A DNA stretch of 46,809 nucleotides. Origin: a virus. Its lineage: Duplodnaviria; Heunggongvirae; Uroviricota; Caudoviricetes. Positions within the stretch are counted from its first letter, which is position 1, and every line of letters starts with the position of its first letter. The notes under the pieces are model-generated. The model worked only from the letters and a program-made list of their open reading frames with translations. It did not search any database and had not been told where the DNA came from. Shown one piece after another: positions 27,481 to 38,071 of this stretch. The stretch is taken from the IMG/VR virus record IMGVR_UViG_2531839193_000010. The stretch is one strand, 5' to 3'. Made by a program: the position numbers and the translations under genes.

Positions 27481-29439
27481 ATGCAGGCTGGTCACCAGAG
27501 TGACGCGGATATTTATATTTATGACGAGATTGGTTTCTGGGGTGTTACAGCGAAGCAGTTTATCAGTGATCTGAATGCACTGGGCGATATCACCCACATT
27601 AATCTCCATATTAATTCACCGGGTGGCGATGTCTTTGAAGGCATCGCCATTTTTAATGCGCTGAAAACACATGGTGCGTCCATTACCGTTTATGTCGACG
27701 GTGTGGCGGCGTCAATGGCGTCGGTCATTGCGATGGTGGGAAACCCGGTCATTATGCCGGAAAACACCTTCATGATGATTCATAAACCATTTGGCTTTAC
27801 GGGCGGTGATGCGGAGGACATGCGCACCTATGCCGACCTGCTCGATAAAGTTGAGGCGGTTCTGTTACCCGCTTATGCACAGAAAACCGGGAAAACCACC
27901 GATGAAATTGCTGTCATGCTGGCGGATGAGACCTGGATGTCCGGTGCCGAATGTCTGGCACATGGATTTGCTGATCAGGTATCGCCAGCCGTTAAGGCAA
28001 TGGCATGTATTCAGTCAAAACGTACAGAGGAATTTAAAAAGATGCCGGAATCCATTCGAAACATGATTACTCCGCCACGCAACAGTGCTCCACGCGTACA
28101 GGATGATGAACCTGCAGCCTCCCGGACGCCAGTGCAGGCAGCAGCACCCGTGGTGGATGAAAACAGTATCCGTGCGCAGGTACTGGCAGAGCAAAAAGCG
28201 CGTGTAAACGGTATTAATGATCTGTTTGCCATGTTTGGCGGGCGTTATCAGACGCTGCAGGCCCAGTGTCTTGCCGATCCTGAATGTTCGCTGGAGCAGG
28301 CCCGCGAAAAGTTGTTGAACGAGATGGGGCGCGAGTCCACGCCATCCAATAAAAATACCCCGGCTCATATTTATGCCGGTAACGGTAATTTTGTGGGGGA
28401 CGGGATCCGCCAGGCGCTGATGGCGCGTGCCGGATTTGAAAAAACCGAACGTGATAATGTCTACAACGGGATGACCCTGCGTGAATATGCCCGTATGTCA
28501 CTGACTGAACGGGGTATTGGGGTTTCCGGTTATAACCCGATGCAGATGGTCGGTGCGGCGTTCACACACAGTACGTCTGACTTCGGTAATATTCTGCTGG
28601 ATGTTGCGAACAAAGCCATTCTGCAGGGCTGGGAAGATGCCCCTGAAACCTATGAACAGTGGACGCGGAAAGGTCAGTTGTCTGATTTTAAAATTGCCCA
28701 TCGCGTGGGTATGGGGGGCTTCAGTGCTCTGCGTCAGGTGCGTGAAGGGGCGGAATATAAATACGTCACCACCGGAGATAAACAGGCCACTATTGCACTG
28801 GCGACCTATGGCGAGCTGTTCAGTATCACCCGTCAGGCCATTATCAATGATGATCTGAATATGCTGACCGATGTCCCGATGAAGCTGGGCCGTGCGGCGA
28901 AATCCACTATTGCCGATCTGGTTTATGCCATTCTGACGTCTAACCCGAAAATCTCCACAGATAATGTAAGTCTGTTCGATAAAGCGAAACATGCAAACGT
29001 ACTGGAGGGCGCTGCAATGGACGTGGCATCGCTGGATAAAGCCCGCCAGTTGATGCGTGTTCAGAAAGAGGGGGAGCGTCATCTGAATATTCGTCCTGCG
29101 TTCGTACTGGTACCGACGGCGATGGAGTCTGTTGCTAACCAGGTCATTCGCTCCTCAAGTGTCAAGGGGGCTGACATTAACGCCGGTATTATTAACCCGG
29201 TGAAAGATTTTGCGACCGTTATTGCAGAGCCTCGTCTTGATGATAACAGCCAGACCACCTTCTACCTGGCTGCGTCAAAAGGCTCCGATACGATTGAAGT
29301 GGCTTATCTCAACGGTGTGGATACGCCATATATTGATCAGATGGAGGGCTTCAGTGTGGATGGCGTGACAACGAAAGTGCGTATTGACGCCGGTGTCGCG
29401 CCAGTTGATCACCGCGGTCTGGTGAAATGTACGGCGTAA
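27481..29439 (+). CDS. Prohead protease (ClpP/S49-like) - scaffold - major capsid fusion protein
   Basis: Start at the ATG at 27481 after the portal stop; N-terminal ClpP-like segment (HINSPGGDVFEGIAIFNALK...ASMASVIAMVG), Ala/Gln-rich linker, C-terminal ~400 aa with major-capsid character. Confidence 0.8.
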   Translation: MQAGHQSDADIYIYDEIGFWGVTAKQFISDLNALGDITHINLHINSPGGDVFEGIAIFNALKTHGASITVYVDGVAASMASVIAMVGNPVIMPENTFMMIHKPFGFTGGDAEDMRTYADLLDKVEAVLLPAYAQKTGKTTDEIAVMLADETWMSGAECLAHGFADQVSPAVKAMACIQSKRTEEFKKMPESIRNMITPPRNSAPRVQDDEPAASRTPVQAAAPVVDENSIRAQVLAEQKARVNGINDLFAMFGGRYQTLQAQCLADPECSLEQAREKLLNEMGRESTPSNKNTPAHIYAGNGNFVGDGIRQALMARAGFEKTERDNVYNGMTLREYARMSLTERGIGVSGYNPMQMVGAAFTHSTSDFGNILLDVANKAILQGWEDAPETYEQWTRKGQLSDFKIAHRVGMGGFSALRQVREGAEYKYVTTGDKQATIALATYGELFSITRQAIINDDLNMLTDVPMKLGRAAKSTIADLVYAILTSNPKISTDNVSLFDKAKHANVLEGAAMDVASLDKARQLMRVQKEGERHLNIRPAFVLVPTAMESVANQVIRSSSVKGADINAGIINPVKDFATVIAEPRLDDNSQTTFYLAASKGSDTIEVAYLNGVDTPYIDQMEGFSVDGVTTKVRIDAGVAPVDHRGLVKCTA

Positions 29440-29524
29440 ACGTCGCAGACAACAACTCTGATGGCCCGTAAGGGCTTTTTTGTACCTGAAATCAGCCCCT
29501 GAACGGGGCTGTGTGGAGACAGTT

Positions 29525-29848
29525 ATGGCAAAGAATTTTGTAGAAGAAGGAAAAACGGTGGCGATTGTTGCCAGTGCAGCCATCAGCAGCGGAGATCTGG
29601 TGCAGGTGGGTGATGTTTTTGCGGTGGCGCTGACCGATATTCCACAAGGTGAAACAGGCGACGGTATGACCGAAGGTGTGTTTATGCTGCCTAAGCTGAA
29701 AACGGATGACATGAAAACGGGTAAGAAGGTTTATCTGAAGTCCGGAAAAGTTCAGCTGACTAACAGCGGCTCTGATCCGCTGGTCGGGGTTGTCTGGGCA
29801 GATGCCGGAACCAGTGCAGAAGAAGTGCCGGTAAAACTCAATGTCTGA
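29525..29848 (+). CDS. Head protein (DUF2190-like, possible decoration/stabilisation protein)
   Basis: Start at ATG 29525 (MAKNF...) with GGAGA upstream; position directly after the capsid gene. Confidence 0.5.
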   Translation: MAKNFVEEGKTVAIVASAAISSGDLVQVGDVFAVALTDIPQGETGDGMTEGVFMLPKLKTDDMKTGKKVYLKSGKVQLTNSGSDPLVGVVWADAGTSAEEVPVKLNV

Positions 29849-30116
29849 TCCCTTTTCCCGGCTGGCAGCGCGTATGGATGCTATCACGGTCAGAAAGATG
29901 GGAAAGACAGCCTCGATTAATGATGTCGATATGACCGTGATCCCGGGAGAAACACTGGCAGAGCTGAATGCCCTGTCCGGACCTGCGGTCTCTCTGGTGG
30001 TGTTTTCTTCGGGATACCGCCCACGGCGCGGGGATCGCGTTGTTTATGACGGACAACAATGGACGGTCACACGGCATGAACGCTTTAACGGTAAGCCAAT
30101 GATCTTTATTGAGTAA
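29841..30116 (+). CDS. Head-tail joining/adaptor protein
   Basis: 91-aa ORF in head-to-tail connector position; overlaps neighbours. Confidence 0.5.
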   Translation: MSDPFSRLAARMDAITVRKMGKTASINDVDMTVIPGETLAELNALSGPAVSLVVFSSGYRPRRGDRVVYDGQQWTVTRHERFNGKPMIFIE

Positions 30117-30127
30117 AGAGGTGTGGG

Positions 30128-30706
30128 ATGAAGGGGCTTGAGAATGCCATCCGCAATCTGAACAGCCTTGATACCCGTATGGTGCCACAGGCCAGCACAT
30201 GGGCGATAAACCGTGTGGCACAGAAAGCGGTCTCGGTTGCCACCCGGCAGGTTGCCGGGAATACCGTTGCGGGAGATAACCAGGTGAAAGGGATCCCCCT
30301 GAAACTGGTACGTCAGCGTGTCCGGGTGTTTAAAGCCAGTCCGTCAGGAAAAATGACGGCCAGGATCCGCGTTAACCGGGGCAATCTGCCCGCCATTAAG
30401 CTGGGGACAGCCCGGGTCAGACTGGCCCGGCGTGGTGGAAAACTGCAGTACCGTGGCAGTGTGCTGAAGGTGGGTAAATATCTTTTCCGGGATGCGTTTA
30501 TTCAGCAACTGGCGAATGGTCGCTGGCATGTGATGCGGCGTATTGATGGCAAAAATCGTTACCCCATTGATGTGGTGAAAATCCCGCTTTCCGGACCGCT
30601 GACACAGGCATTTGAAGATGCCCGCGACCGCATCATTGCTGCGGAAATGCCGAAACAGCTGGGGTATGCACTGAAACAACAACTGAGGTTATGGCTGACC
30701 CGATGA
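30128..30706 (+). CDS. Minor tail protein (gpZ-like)
   Basis: 192-aa ORF in synteny with lambda Z. Confidence 0.55.
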   Translation: MKGLENAIRNLNSLDTRMVPQASTWAINRVAQKAVSVATRQVAGNTVAGDNQVKGIPLKLVRQRVRVFKASPSGKMTARIRVNRGNLPAIKLGTARVRLARRGGKLQYRGSVLKVGKYLFRDAFIQQLANGRWHVMRRIDGKNRYPIDVVKIPLSGPLTQAFEDARDRIIAAEMPKQLGYALKQQLRLWLTR

Positions 30707-31104
30707 ACCGACATACACAAATCCGCCAGGCCGTACTGGCACGCCTTCGGGAACAGTGTGGAGACAGCGCCACGTTTTTTGACGGGCTTCCGGCATTTAT
30801 TGATGCGCAGGAACTGCCTGCCGTGGCGGTGTGGCTGAGTGATGCTCAGTACACCGGAAAAATGACGGATGAAGATGACTGGCAGGCTGTTCTGCATATT
30901 GCTGTCTTCATCCGGGCACAGGCACCGGATTCAGAGCTGGATATGTGGATGGAGAGCACCATTTTCCCGGCCCTGAATGATATACCGGCACTTTCCGGAC
31001 TCATCGACACCCTGATCCCTCTCGGTTTTAACTATCAACGTGATAATGAGATGGCCACCTGGGCGATGGCGGAAATCACGTACCAGATCACGTACACGAA
31101 TTAA
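30691..31104 (+). CDS. Tail terminator protein (gpU-like)
   Basis: 137-aa ORF in synteny immediately before the major tail gene. Confidence 0.6.
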   Translation: MADPMNRHTQIRQAVLARLREQCGDSATFFDGLPAFIDAQELPAVAVWLSDAQYTGKMTDEDDWQAVLHIAVFIRAQAPDSELDMWMESTIFPALNDIPALSGLIDTLIPLGFNYQRDNEMATWAMAEITYQITYTN

Positions 31105-31109
31105 AGGAG

Positions 31110-31859
31110 GTGGCAATGACCACACCAAATCCACTGGCAAAAACGAAAGGTGCGGGAACGACGTTCTGGATGTACACCGGCAAGGGCGATGCGTTTGCGA
31201 ACCCTTTATCGGACACTGACTGGCTGCGTCTTGCGATGGTGAAGGATCTGCAACCTGGCGAAATGACCGCTGATGCAGAAGATGACTCTTATCTCGATGA
31301 TGAAGATGCAGACTGGAAAACGACAACCCAGGGGCAGAAATCCGTCGGTGATACTTCGGCGACGCTGGCCTGGCGTCCGGGTGACAGCGGGCAGAAAAAA
31401 CTGGTTCAGTTGTTCGACTCCGGTGAAGTCTGCGCGTTTCGTATCAAATATCCCAACGGCACTGTTGATGTTTTCCGTGGCTGGCTGAGCTCACTGGGTA
31501 AAACCATTGCCTCAAAAGACGTGATGACCCGCACAGTGAAAATCAGCGGTGTGGGGCGTCCGTATCTGGCAGAGGAAGGCACTGAAACAGTGAGCGTTAC
31601 CGGGCTGACGGTGGCACCGGCATCTGCCAGTGTAAAAGTGGGAGCAACCACCACGCTGACCTTTACAGTAAAACCTGACGGGGCCAGTGACAAAGCGATC
31701 AGTGTGCATTCGACAGATCCACAGACTGCCACGGTGACCCTGAACGGGCTTGTGGCCACGGTGAAAGGCGTGAAGCAGGGCAGTGTCAGCATTGTGGGCA
31801 TGACTTCTGACGGCGATTTTGTGGCAGTGGCTGCGGTGGCTGTCAGCGCCGCAGGTTAA
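31110..31859 (+). CDS. Major tail tube protein (gpV-like) with C-terminal Ig-like domain
   Basis: 249-aa ORF with strong RBS (AAGGAGG); C-terminal ~90 aa has Big_2/Ig-like character (VTGLTVAPASASVKVGATTTLTFTVKP...). Confidence 0.8.
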   Translation: MAMTTPNPLAKTKGAGTTFWMYTGKGDAFANPLSDTDWLRLAMVKDLQPGEMTADAEDDSYLDDEDADWKTTTQGQKSVGDTSATLAWRPGDSGQKKLVQLFDSGEVCAFRIKYPNGTVDVFRGWLSSLGKTIASKDVMTRTVKISGVGRPYLAEEGTETVSVTGLTVAPASASVKVGATTTLTFTVKPDGASDKAISVHSTDPQTATVTLNGLVATVKGVKQGSVSIVGMTSDGDFVAVAAVAVSAAG

Positions 31860-31879
31860 CAGGACGATACTCATCATTT

Positions 31880-31903
31880 GCCCCGGTTATCCGGGGCTTT
31901 TTT
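31880..31903 (+). terminator. Rho-independent terminator between major tail gene and tail chaperone gene
   Basis: GCCCCGG/CCGGGGC stem with UUAU loop followed by T6. Confidence 0.6.
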
Positions 31904-31916
31904 GCAGGTGGAGAAC

Positions 31917-32306
31917 ATGATGTTTCTGAAACAGGGCACGTTTAATTATGAAAAGCAGTCCGTGGTGCTCAGTGAGCTGTCCGGGCTGCAGAGAATTGAA
32001 TATCTGGCGTTTGTTCAGCAGCGAACGGCAAAGTTTGATGCCGAAGAGGGAGAACTGCCGGAGGCTGAACGACAGATTGCTTTTCTGCGGATGGGGATGG
32101 ATATCAATGCCTGGCTGGTTTCCCGCTCACTGTGGAATGCGGAACAGTCTCAGGATGTTGAGACGCTTTGCGCATCCGTTATTACAACATGGTCGTATGA
32201 TGCCCTGGGAGCGGGGGCGGAGATGGTTCTGTCGCTGAGCGGTATGGGAGCCATTGAGAATGCCGGGGATTTGGAGCATGAGGTGCTGACGCCGGAAAAG
32301 TCCTGA
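31917..32306 (+). CDS. Tail assembly chaperone (gpG-like)
   Basis: Start at ATG 31917/31920 (MMFLKQG...); synteny with lambda G; followed by a -1 frame extension (T). Confidence 0.75.
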   Translation: MMFLKQGTFNYEKQSVVLSELSGLQRIEYLAFVQQRTAKFDAEEGELPEAERQIAFLRMGMDINAWLVSRSLWNAEQSQDVETLCASVITTWSYDALGAGAEMVLSLSGMGAIENAGDLEHEVLTPEKS

Positions 32307-32314
32307 CGCGGGAA

Positions 32315-32644
32315 ATGCAGTTTGTCATGCGGCTTGCCCGGGAGTTCCGGCGGGCAGACTGGCGGCGGATGCTGTCGGAAATGTCGGCCACTGAGCTTGG
32401 TGAGTGGGGCGATTATTTCCGGATGCAGAGCTTCAGTGATGTGTGGATGGATGCGCAGTTTGCCTCGCTGAAGGCATTGATCGTGAGAATGGTGTCCGGT
32501 AGCAGTGATGCTGCGGTGGCTGATTTCAGCCTTTTACCGGAAGAGAACGGGATACCGGAGCGAACGGACGAAGAACTGATGCATCTTGGGGAAGGTATTT
32601 CCGGAGGTGTGCGTTATGGACCAGATAGCCAACCTGGTCATTGA
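32315..32644 (+). CDS. Tail assembly protein gpT-like region, expressed as G-T fusion by programmed -1 frameshift
   Basis: -1 frame relative to G is open from 32282; candidate slippery heptamer GGAAAAG at 32294-32300 just before the G stop (lambda uses GGGAAAG). Confidence 0.6.
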   Translation: MQFVMRLAREFRRADWRRMLSEMSATELGEWGDYFRMQSFSDVWMDAQFASLKALIVRMVSGSSDAAVADFSLLPEENGIPERTDEELMHLGEGISGGVRYGPDSQPGH

Positions 32645-35600
32645 TTTGGGGATTGATGCGGCAGAGTTTAAAAATGAAATTCCCCGTATCAAAAACCTTC
32701 TGAATGGTGCAGCCAGCGATGCAGAACGGTCTTCTGCCCGTATGCAGCGTTTTATGGAGCGTCAGACTCAGGCCGCCCGGCAGACAATGCAGGCGGCTTC
32801 TTCGGCTGCAACAGCCGCATCCGTCCATGCGCAGACGGTGGAGAAGAGCGCACAGGCTCATGAACGCATGGCCCGCGAGGTGGAGCAAACCCGCCAGCGT
32901 ATGGAGGCACTGAGCCAGAAAATGCGCGAGGAACAGGCGCAGGCCATGGCTCTGGCGGAGACTCAGGATAAAGCGGCTGCCGCGTTTTATCGTCAGATTG
33001 ACAGTGTGAAACAGGCCAGTGCGGGGCTGCAGGAATTACAGCGTATTCAGCAGCAGATCCGACAGGCCAGAAACAGTGGCGGGATTGGTCAGCAGGATTA
33101 TCTGGCGCTGATTTCTGAGGTTACGGCGAAAACCGGTGTTCTTACGCAGGCTGAGGCAGAGGCTACCCGACAGAAAGTGGCGTTTATCCGTCAGCTTAAA
33201 GAGCAGGCAACCCGCCAGAATCTTTCTTCTTCTGAGTTGCTTCGTGCTAAGGCTGCCCAGCTGGGGGTAAGCAGTGCTGCAGAAGTGTATATCCGCAAAA
33301 TGGAGCAGGCAGGAAAAGCCACGCATTCGCTGGGTCTGAAAAGTGCAGCGGCCCGCCAGGAGATAGGCGTTCTGATAGGTGAACTGGCTCGCGGCAATTT
33401 AGGTGCGCTGAGGGGATCCGGGATAACGCTGGCTAACCGTGCCGGATGGATAGACACACTGATGTCACCGAAAGGCATGATGCTGGGCGGGGTTATTGGC
33501 GGTATTGCCGCGGCCGTCTATGGTCTGGGTAAAGCCTGGTATGATGGTCAGAAGGAGGGGGAAGAATTTAACCGCCAGTTGTCGCTGACGGGGCATTATG
33601 CCGGAGTCACTGCCGGGCAGCTGTGGACGCTCAGTCGTGCTATTTCCGGGAATGGTATTACGCAACATGCTGCAGCCGGTGCGCTGGCTCAGGTGGTGGG
33701 GAGTGGTGCATTTCGTGGAAACGATATCGGTATGGTGGCGAGAGCTGCCGCACAGATGGAGCGATCGGTTGGCCAGTCGGTCAGCGATACCATAAATCAG
33801 TTTAAGCGGCTGAAGGATGATCCTGTAAATGCCGCGAAGGCTCTGGACAATGAGCTGCATTTTCTTACTGCCACTCAGCTTGAGCAGATACGCGTCCTTG
33901 GGGAACAGGGGCGGTCCAGTGATGCGGCACGGATAGCCATGTCTGCACTGGCAGAGGAAACCGGTCGGCGTACTGCGGATATTGATAATAACCTCAATGC
34001 GCTGGGCAGTACGCTGAAGTATCTGTCTGATTTATGGAGTCGTTTCTGGGATGCGGCCATGAATATTGGTCGTGAAGACTCGCTGGATGAACAGATTTCC
34101 GCTTTACAGGAGAAAGTGTCGCGGGCGAAAAGACTCCCCTGGACGGCATCATCTTCTCAGGTTGAGTACGATCAGCAGCGTCTTAACGAGCTTCAGGAGA
34201 AAAAACGCCAGAAGGATTTGCAGGATGCAAAAGAGCAGGCAGAGCGGAATTATCAGGAGCAACAGAAACGCCGTAATGCTGAAAATGCTGCACTGAACCG
34301 GATGAATGAAACGGAAGCAGCACGACATCAGCGTGAAATTGCGCGTATTAATTCCATGCAGTACGCCGATCAGGCTGTCAGGGATGCGGCGATACAACGT
34401 GAAAATGAACGTTACGAGAAAGCCCTGGCATCCGGTAAGAAAAAACACGCGAACCCCGTAATGATGAGGCCACCCGGTTATTGCTGCAGTACAGTCAGCA
34501 ACAGGCACAGGTGGAAGGACAGATTGCTGCTGCCAGACAGTCAGCAGGCATTGCCACGGAAAGGATGACAGAAGCGCATAAACAGCTTCTGGCTCTGCAG
34601 CAGCGCATCAGCGACCTGGACGGGAAAAAACTGACGGCAGATGAAAAGAGTGTGCTGGCCCGTAAAGATGAACTGATTCAGGCACTGACGCTGCTGGATG
34701 TAAAACAGCAGGAGCTTCAGAAACAGACGGCACTCAACGAGCTGAAGAAAAAAACAATTCAGCTGACCAGTCAACTGGCTGAAGAAGAGCGCGCTCAGCG
34801 TCAGCAACATGACCTGGATATCGCCACGGTGGGTATGGGTGATCAGCAGCGGCAGCGATATCAGGTACAACTGAGTCTTCGCCAGAAATACCAGCAACAG
34901 CTGGAGCAGTTGAGGCGGGATAGTGAGCAGAAAGGAACATATAACACGGATGACTACAGAAAGGCCGAGCAGGCGCTGACGGAGAGCCTGAACCGACAAC
35001 TGAATGAGAATCGCCGTTACTGGCAACAGCTTGAAGTTGTGCAGGGTAACTGGAAAAACGGAGTCCTGCGTGCATTTCAGGATTTTACCGTGGATGCAGA
35101 TAATACGGCAGGAACAGCAGAACAGGTGTTCTCGTCAGCCTTCAGCAACATGGGAAATGGCCTGGCAACTTTTGTCACTACCGGCAAACTCAATTTCAAA
35201 TCCTTCACCTCTTCTGTGCTGTCAGATATGGCGAAAATCCTGGCGCAGGCAACCATGATGAAATCGATAAAAGGGATTGGCAGTGTACTGGGATTTGATC
35301 TCAGCAGCCTTTCCCTGAATGCCAATGGGGGGATTTATCAGTCTGCTGATTTGAGTCGTTACAGTGGCACGGTGGTTAACCGTCCGACGTTTTTTGCTTT
35401 TGCAAAAGGCGCGGGTGTGATGGGGGAAGCGGGACCTGAAGCCATTCTGCCACTGCGTCGTGGTGCTGACGGTAAGCTGGGGGTTGTGGCGGATATTGGT
35501 GGTTCAGGTATGGCGATGTTTGCCCCGCAGTACAACATCGAGATCAATAACGATGGCACGAACGGGCAGATAGGTCCGGCTGCCCTGAAGGTGGTTTATG

Positions 35601-35680
35601 ACCTCGGGAAAAAAGCGGCAGCGGACTTTATGCAACAGCAGGCCCGTGATGGTGGTCGGTTAAGTGGAGCATATCGGTAA
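32616..35680 (+). pseudogene. Tail tape measure protein (gpH-like), interrupted by a 1-nt frameshift in a homopolymer
   Basis: Two consecutive coiled-coil-rich ORFs (32586-34568 and 34481-35680); adding one A to the A6 run at 34440-34445 gives a continuous reading (...ALASGKKKTREPRNDEATRLLLQYSQQQ...). Confidence 0.8.
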
Positions 35681-36009
35681 TGGAGACGTTTCACTGGAAA
35701 GTGCGCCCGGATATGAATGTGGTATCAGAGCCGAAAGTGGTGACAGTGAAGCTGGGCGATGGTTATGAACAGCGTCGTGCGGCGGGACTGAATAACCAGT
35801 TGTCGATTTACAGCGTGACGATACGTGTTCGTAAATGTGAACACCCATCTTTAAAAGCCTTTCTGGAACGGCACGGTGGCGTCCGCGCATTTCAGTGGAC
35901 GCCACCTTATGACTGGAAGCCGATCAGGGTGGTTTGTCGTAAATGGTCGGCAAGCGTGGGGGCGCTGTGGATAACCATAACGGCAGATTTTGAACAGGTC
36001 GTGGCATAG
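35680..36009 (+). CDS. M: Minor tail protein M
   Basis: 109-aa ORF; synteny and strong similarity to lambda gpM as recalled. Confidence 0.85.
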   Translation: METFHWKVRPDMNVVSEPKVVTVKLGDGYEQRRAAGLNNQLSIYSVTIRVRKCEHPSLKAFLERHGGVRAFQWTPPYDWKPIRVVCRKWSASVGALWITITADFEQVVA

Positions 36010-36018
36010 GAGGCTCTG

Positions 36019-36717
36019 ATGCAGGATATTCCACAGGAAACACATCATGAGACGACACGCCTCACTCAGTCAGCCCAGGTGGTGCTCTGGGAAATCGATC
36101 TGACAGAGGTCGGTGGTGAACGTTATTTTTTCTGTAATGAGCAGAACGAAAAAGGTGAGCCGGTTACCTGGCAGGGGCGGCAGTATCAGGCATACCCCAT
36201 TCAGGGGACGGGATTTGAACTGAATGGCAAGGGCAGTGCTGCCCGTCCGACACTGACGGTTTCTAACCTGCACGGCATGGTCACCGGGATGGCGGAAGAC
36301 CTGCAGAGTCTGGTCGGCGGAACGGTGGTCCGGCGTAAGGTTTACGCCCGTTTTCTGGATGCGGTGAACTTCGTCAACGGAAACAGTGACGCCGATCCGG
36401 AGCAGGAGGTGATCAGCCGCTGGCGCATCGAGCAGTGCAGCGAACTGAGCGCGGTGAGTGCCTCTTTTGTACTGTCCACGCCGACGGAAACGGACGGTGC
36501 CGTTTTTCCGGGACGTATCATGCTGGCCAACACCTGCACCTGGACCTATCGCGGTGACGAGTGCGGTTATCACGGTCCGGCGGTCGCGGATGAATATGAT
36601 CAGCCGACGTCCGATATCACGAAGGATAAATGCAGCAAATGCCTGAGCGGCTGTAAGTTTCGCAATAACGTCGGCAACTTTGGCGGCTTCCTTTCCATTA
36701 ACAAACTTTCGCAGTGA
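36019..36717 (+). CDS. L: Minor tail protein L
   Basis: 232-aa ORF; lambda gpL-like including the C-terminal Cys cluster (CSKCLSGC). Confidence 0.9.
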   Translation: MQDIPQETHHETTRLTQSAQVVLWEIDLTEVGGERYFFCNEQNEKGEPVTWQGRQYQAYPIQGTGFELNGKGSAARPTLTVSNLHGMVTGMAEDLQSLVGGTVVRRKVYARFLDAVNFVNGNSDADPEQEVISRWRIEQCSELSAVSASFVLSTPTETDGAVFPGRIMLANTCTWTYRGDECGYHGPAVADEYDQPTSDITKDKCSKCLSGCKFRNNVGNFGGFLSINKLSQ

Positions 36718-37466
36718 ATCCCATGACAGAGACAGAATCAGCGATTCTGGCGCACGCCCGGCGATGTGCGCCAGCGGAGTCGTGCGGCTTCGTGGTGAGA
36801 ACACCGGAGGGGGAAAGATATTTTCCCTGCGTGAATATCTCTGGTGAGCCGGAGGCGTATTTCCGGATGTCGCCGGAGGACTGGCTGAGTGCAGAAATGC
36901 AGGGAGAGATTGTGGCGCTGGTCCACAGCCACCCCGGTGGTCTGCCCTGGCTGAGTGAGGCCGACCGGCGGCTGCAGGTGCAGAGTGATTTGCCGTGGTG
37001 GCTGGTCTGCCGGGGGGCGATTCATAAATTCCGCTGTGTGCCGCATCTCACCGGGCGGCGCTTTGAGCACGGGGTGACGGACTGTTACACGCTGTTCCGG
37101 GACGCTTACCATCTGGCGGGAATTGAGATGCCGGATTTTCATCGCGGGGATGACTGGTGGCGTCACGGCCAGAATCTCTATCTTGACAATATGGAGGCAA
37201 CGGGTTTTTACCGTGTCCCACTGACAGAGGCGCAGCCGGGCGATGTGCTGCTGTGCTGTTTTGGTTCATCGGTGCCGAATCATGCCGCCATTTACTGTGG
37301 TGACGGCGAGCTGCTGCACCATATTCCTGAACAACTGAGCAAACGAGAGAGGTATACCGACAAATGGCAGCGACGCACACACTCCCTCTGGCGTCACCGG
37401 GCATGGCACGCATCTGCCTTTACGGGGATTTACAACGATTTGGCCGCCGCATCGACCTTCGTGTGA
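36714..37466 (+). CDS. K: Tail assembly protein K (MPN/JAB plus NlpC/P60-like)
   Basis: 250-aa ORF; HSHP metal motif of the JAB/MPN fold (VALVHSHPGG) and C-terminal Cys/His peptidase-like region; true start may be the ATG at 36723. Confidence 0.85.
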   Translation: MNPMTETESAILAHARRCAPAESCGFVVRTPEGERYFPCVNISGEPEAYFRMSPEDWLSAEMQGEIVALVHSHPGGLPWLSEADRRLQVQSDLPWWLVCRGAIHKFRCVPHLTGRRFEHGVTDCYTLFRDAYHLAGIEMPDFHRGDDWWRHGQNLYLDNMEATGFYRVPLTEAQPGDVLLCCFGSSVPNHAAIYCGDGELLHHIPEQLSKRERYTDKWQRRTHSLWRHRAWHASAFTGIYNDLAAASTFV

Positions 37467-38011
37467 AAACGGGGGCTGAAGCCATCCGGGCGCTGGCCAC
37501 ACAGCTTCCGTCGTTTCGCCAGAAACTGAATGAGGGCTGGTATCAGGTGCGCATTTCCGGGCGTGATGCAGGCGAAAATGAATTATCTGCCCGTCTTAAT
37601 GAACCGCTGGCAAATGGTGCCGTGATCCACGTCGTTCCGCGTCTGGCGGGTGCCAAAAGTGGCGGTGTGTTTCAGGCGGTGCTGGGTGCGGCGCTGATTG
37701 CGGTGGCATGGTGGAACCCTGTTGGCTGGCTGGGGGCCGCGGCTGTATCGGGTATGTATGCAGCAGGGGCCAGTATGATCCTGGGTGGTGTGGCGCAGAT
37801 GCTGGCACCGAAAGCCAGGACGCCCACGGCAGCCAGTACAGATAACGGCAAACAGAACACCTATTTTTCTTCACTGGATAATATGGTTGCCCAGGGCAAT
37901 GTTCTGCCCGTTCTGTACGGTGAAATGCGCGTGGGATCACGTGTGGTATCTCAGGAGATCAGCACAGCAGATGAAGGTGATGGTGGTCAGGTTGTGGTGA
38001 TTGGTCGCTGA
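37364..38011 (+). CDS. I: Tail assembly protein I
   Basis: 215-aa ORF overlapping the K 3' end as in lambda; Gly/Ala-rich hydrophobic core and C-terminal ...GDGGQVVVIGR. Confidence 0.85.
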   Translation: MAATHTLPLASPGMARICLYGDLQRFGRRIDLRVKTGAEAIRALATQLPSFRQKLNEGWYQVRISGRDAGENELSARLNEPLANGAVIHVVPRLAGAKSGGVFQAVLGAALIAVAWWNPVGWLGAAAVSGMYAAGASMILGGVAQMLAPKARTPTAASTDNGKQNTYFSSLDNMVAQGNVLPVLYGEMRVGSRVVSQEISTADEGDGGQVVVIGR

Positions 38012-38071
38012 TGAAAAACGTTTTATGTGAAACCGCCTGCGGGCGGTTTTGTCATTTATGGAGCGTGAGGA

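Noticed and set aside
28498-29082. 194-aa ORF antisense to the capsid domain region
   Set aside because: Lies within the protease-capsid fusion gene on the opposite strand; no RBS or recognisable features.
34437-34446. Programmed ribosomal frameshift in the tape measure gene at the A-run
   Set aside because: The heptamer GAAAAAA is not a canonical X-XXY-YYZ slippery site and programmed shifts are not known in tape measure genes; two other homopolymer lesions make an indel the simpler explanation.
36070-36804. 244-aa ORF antisense to the L and K genes
   Set aside because: Antisense to two strongly supported lambda-like tail genes; composition atypical of a real protein.
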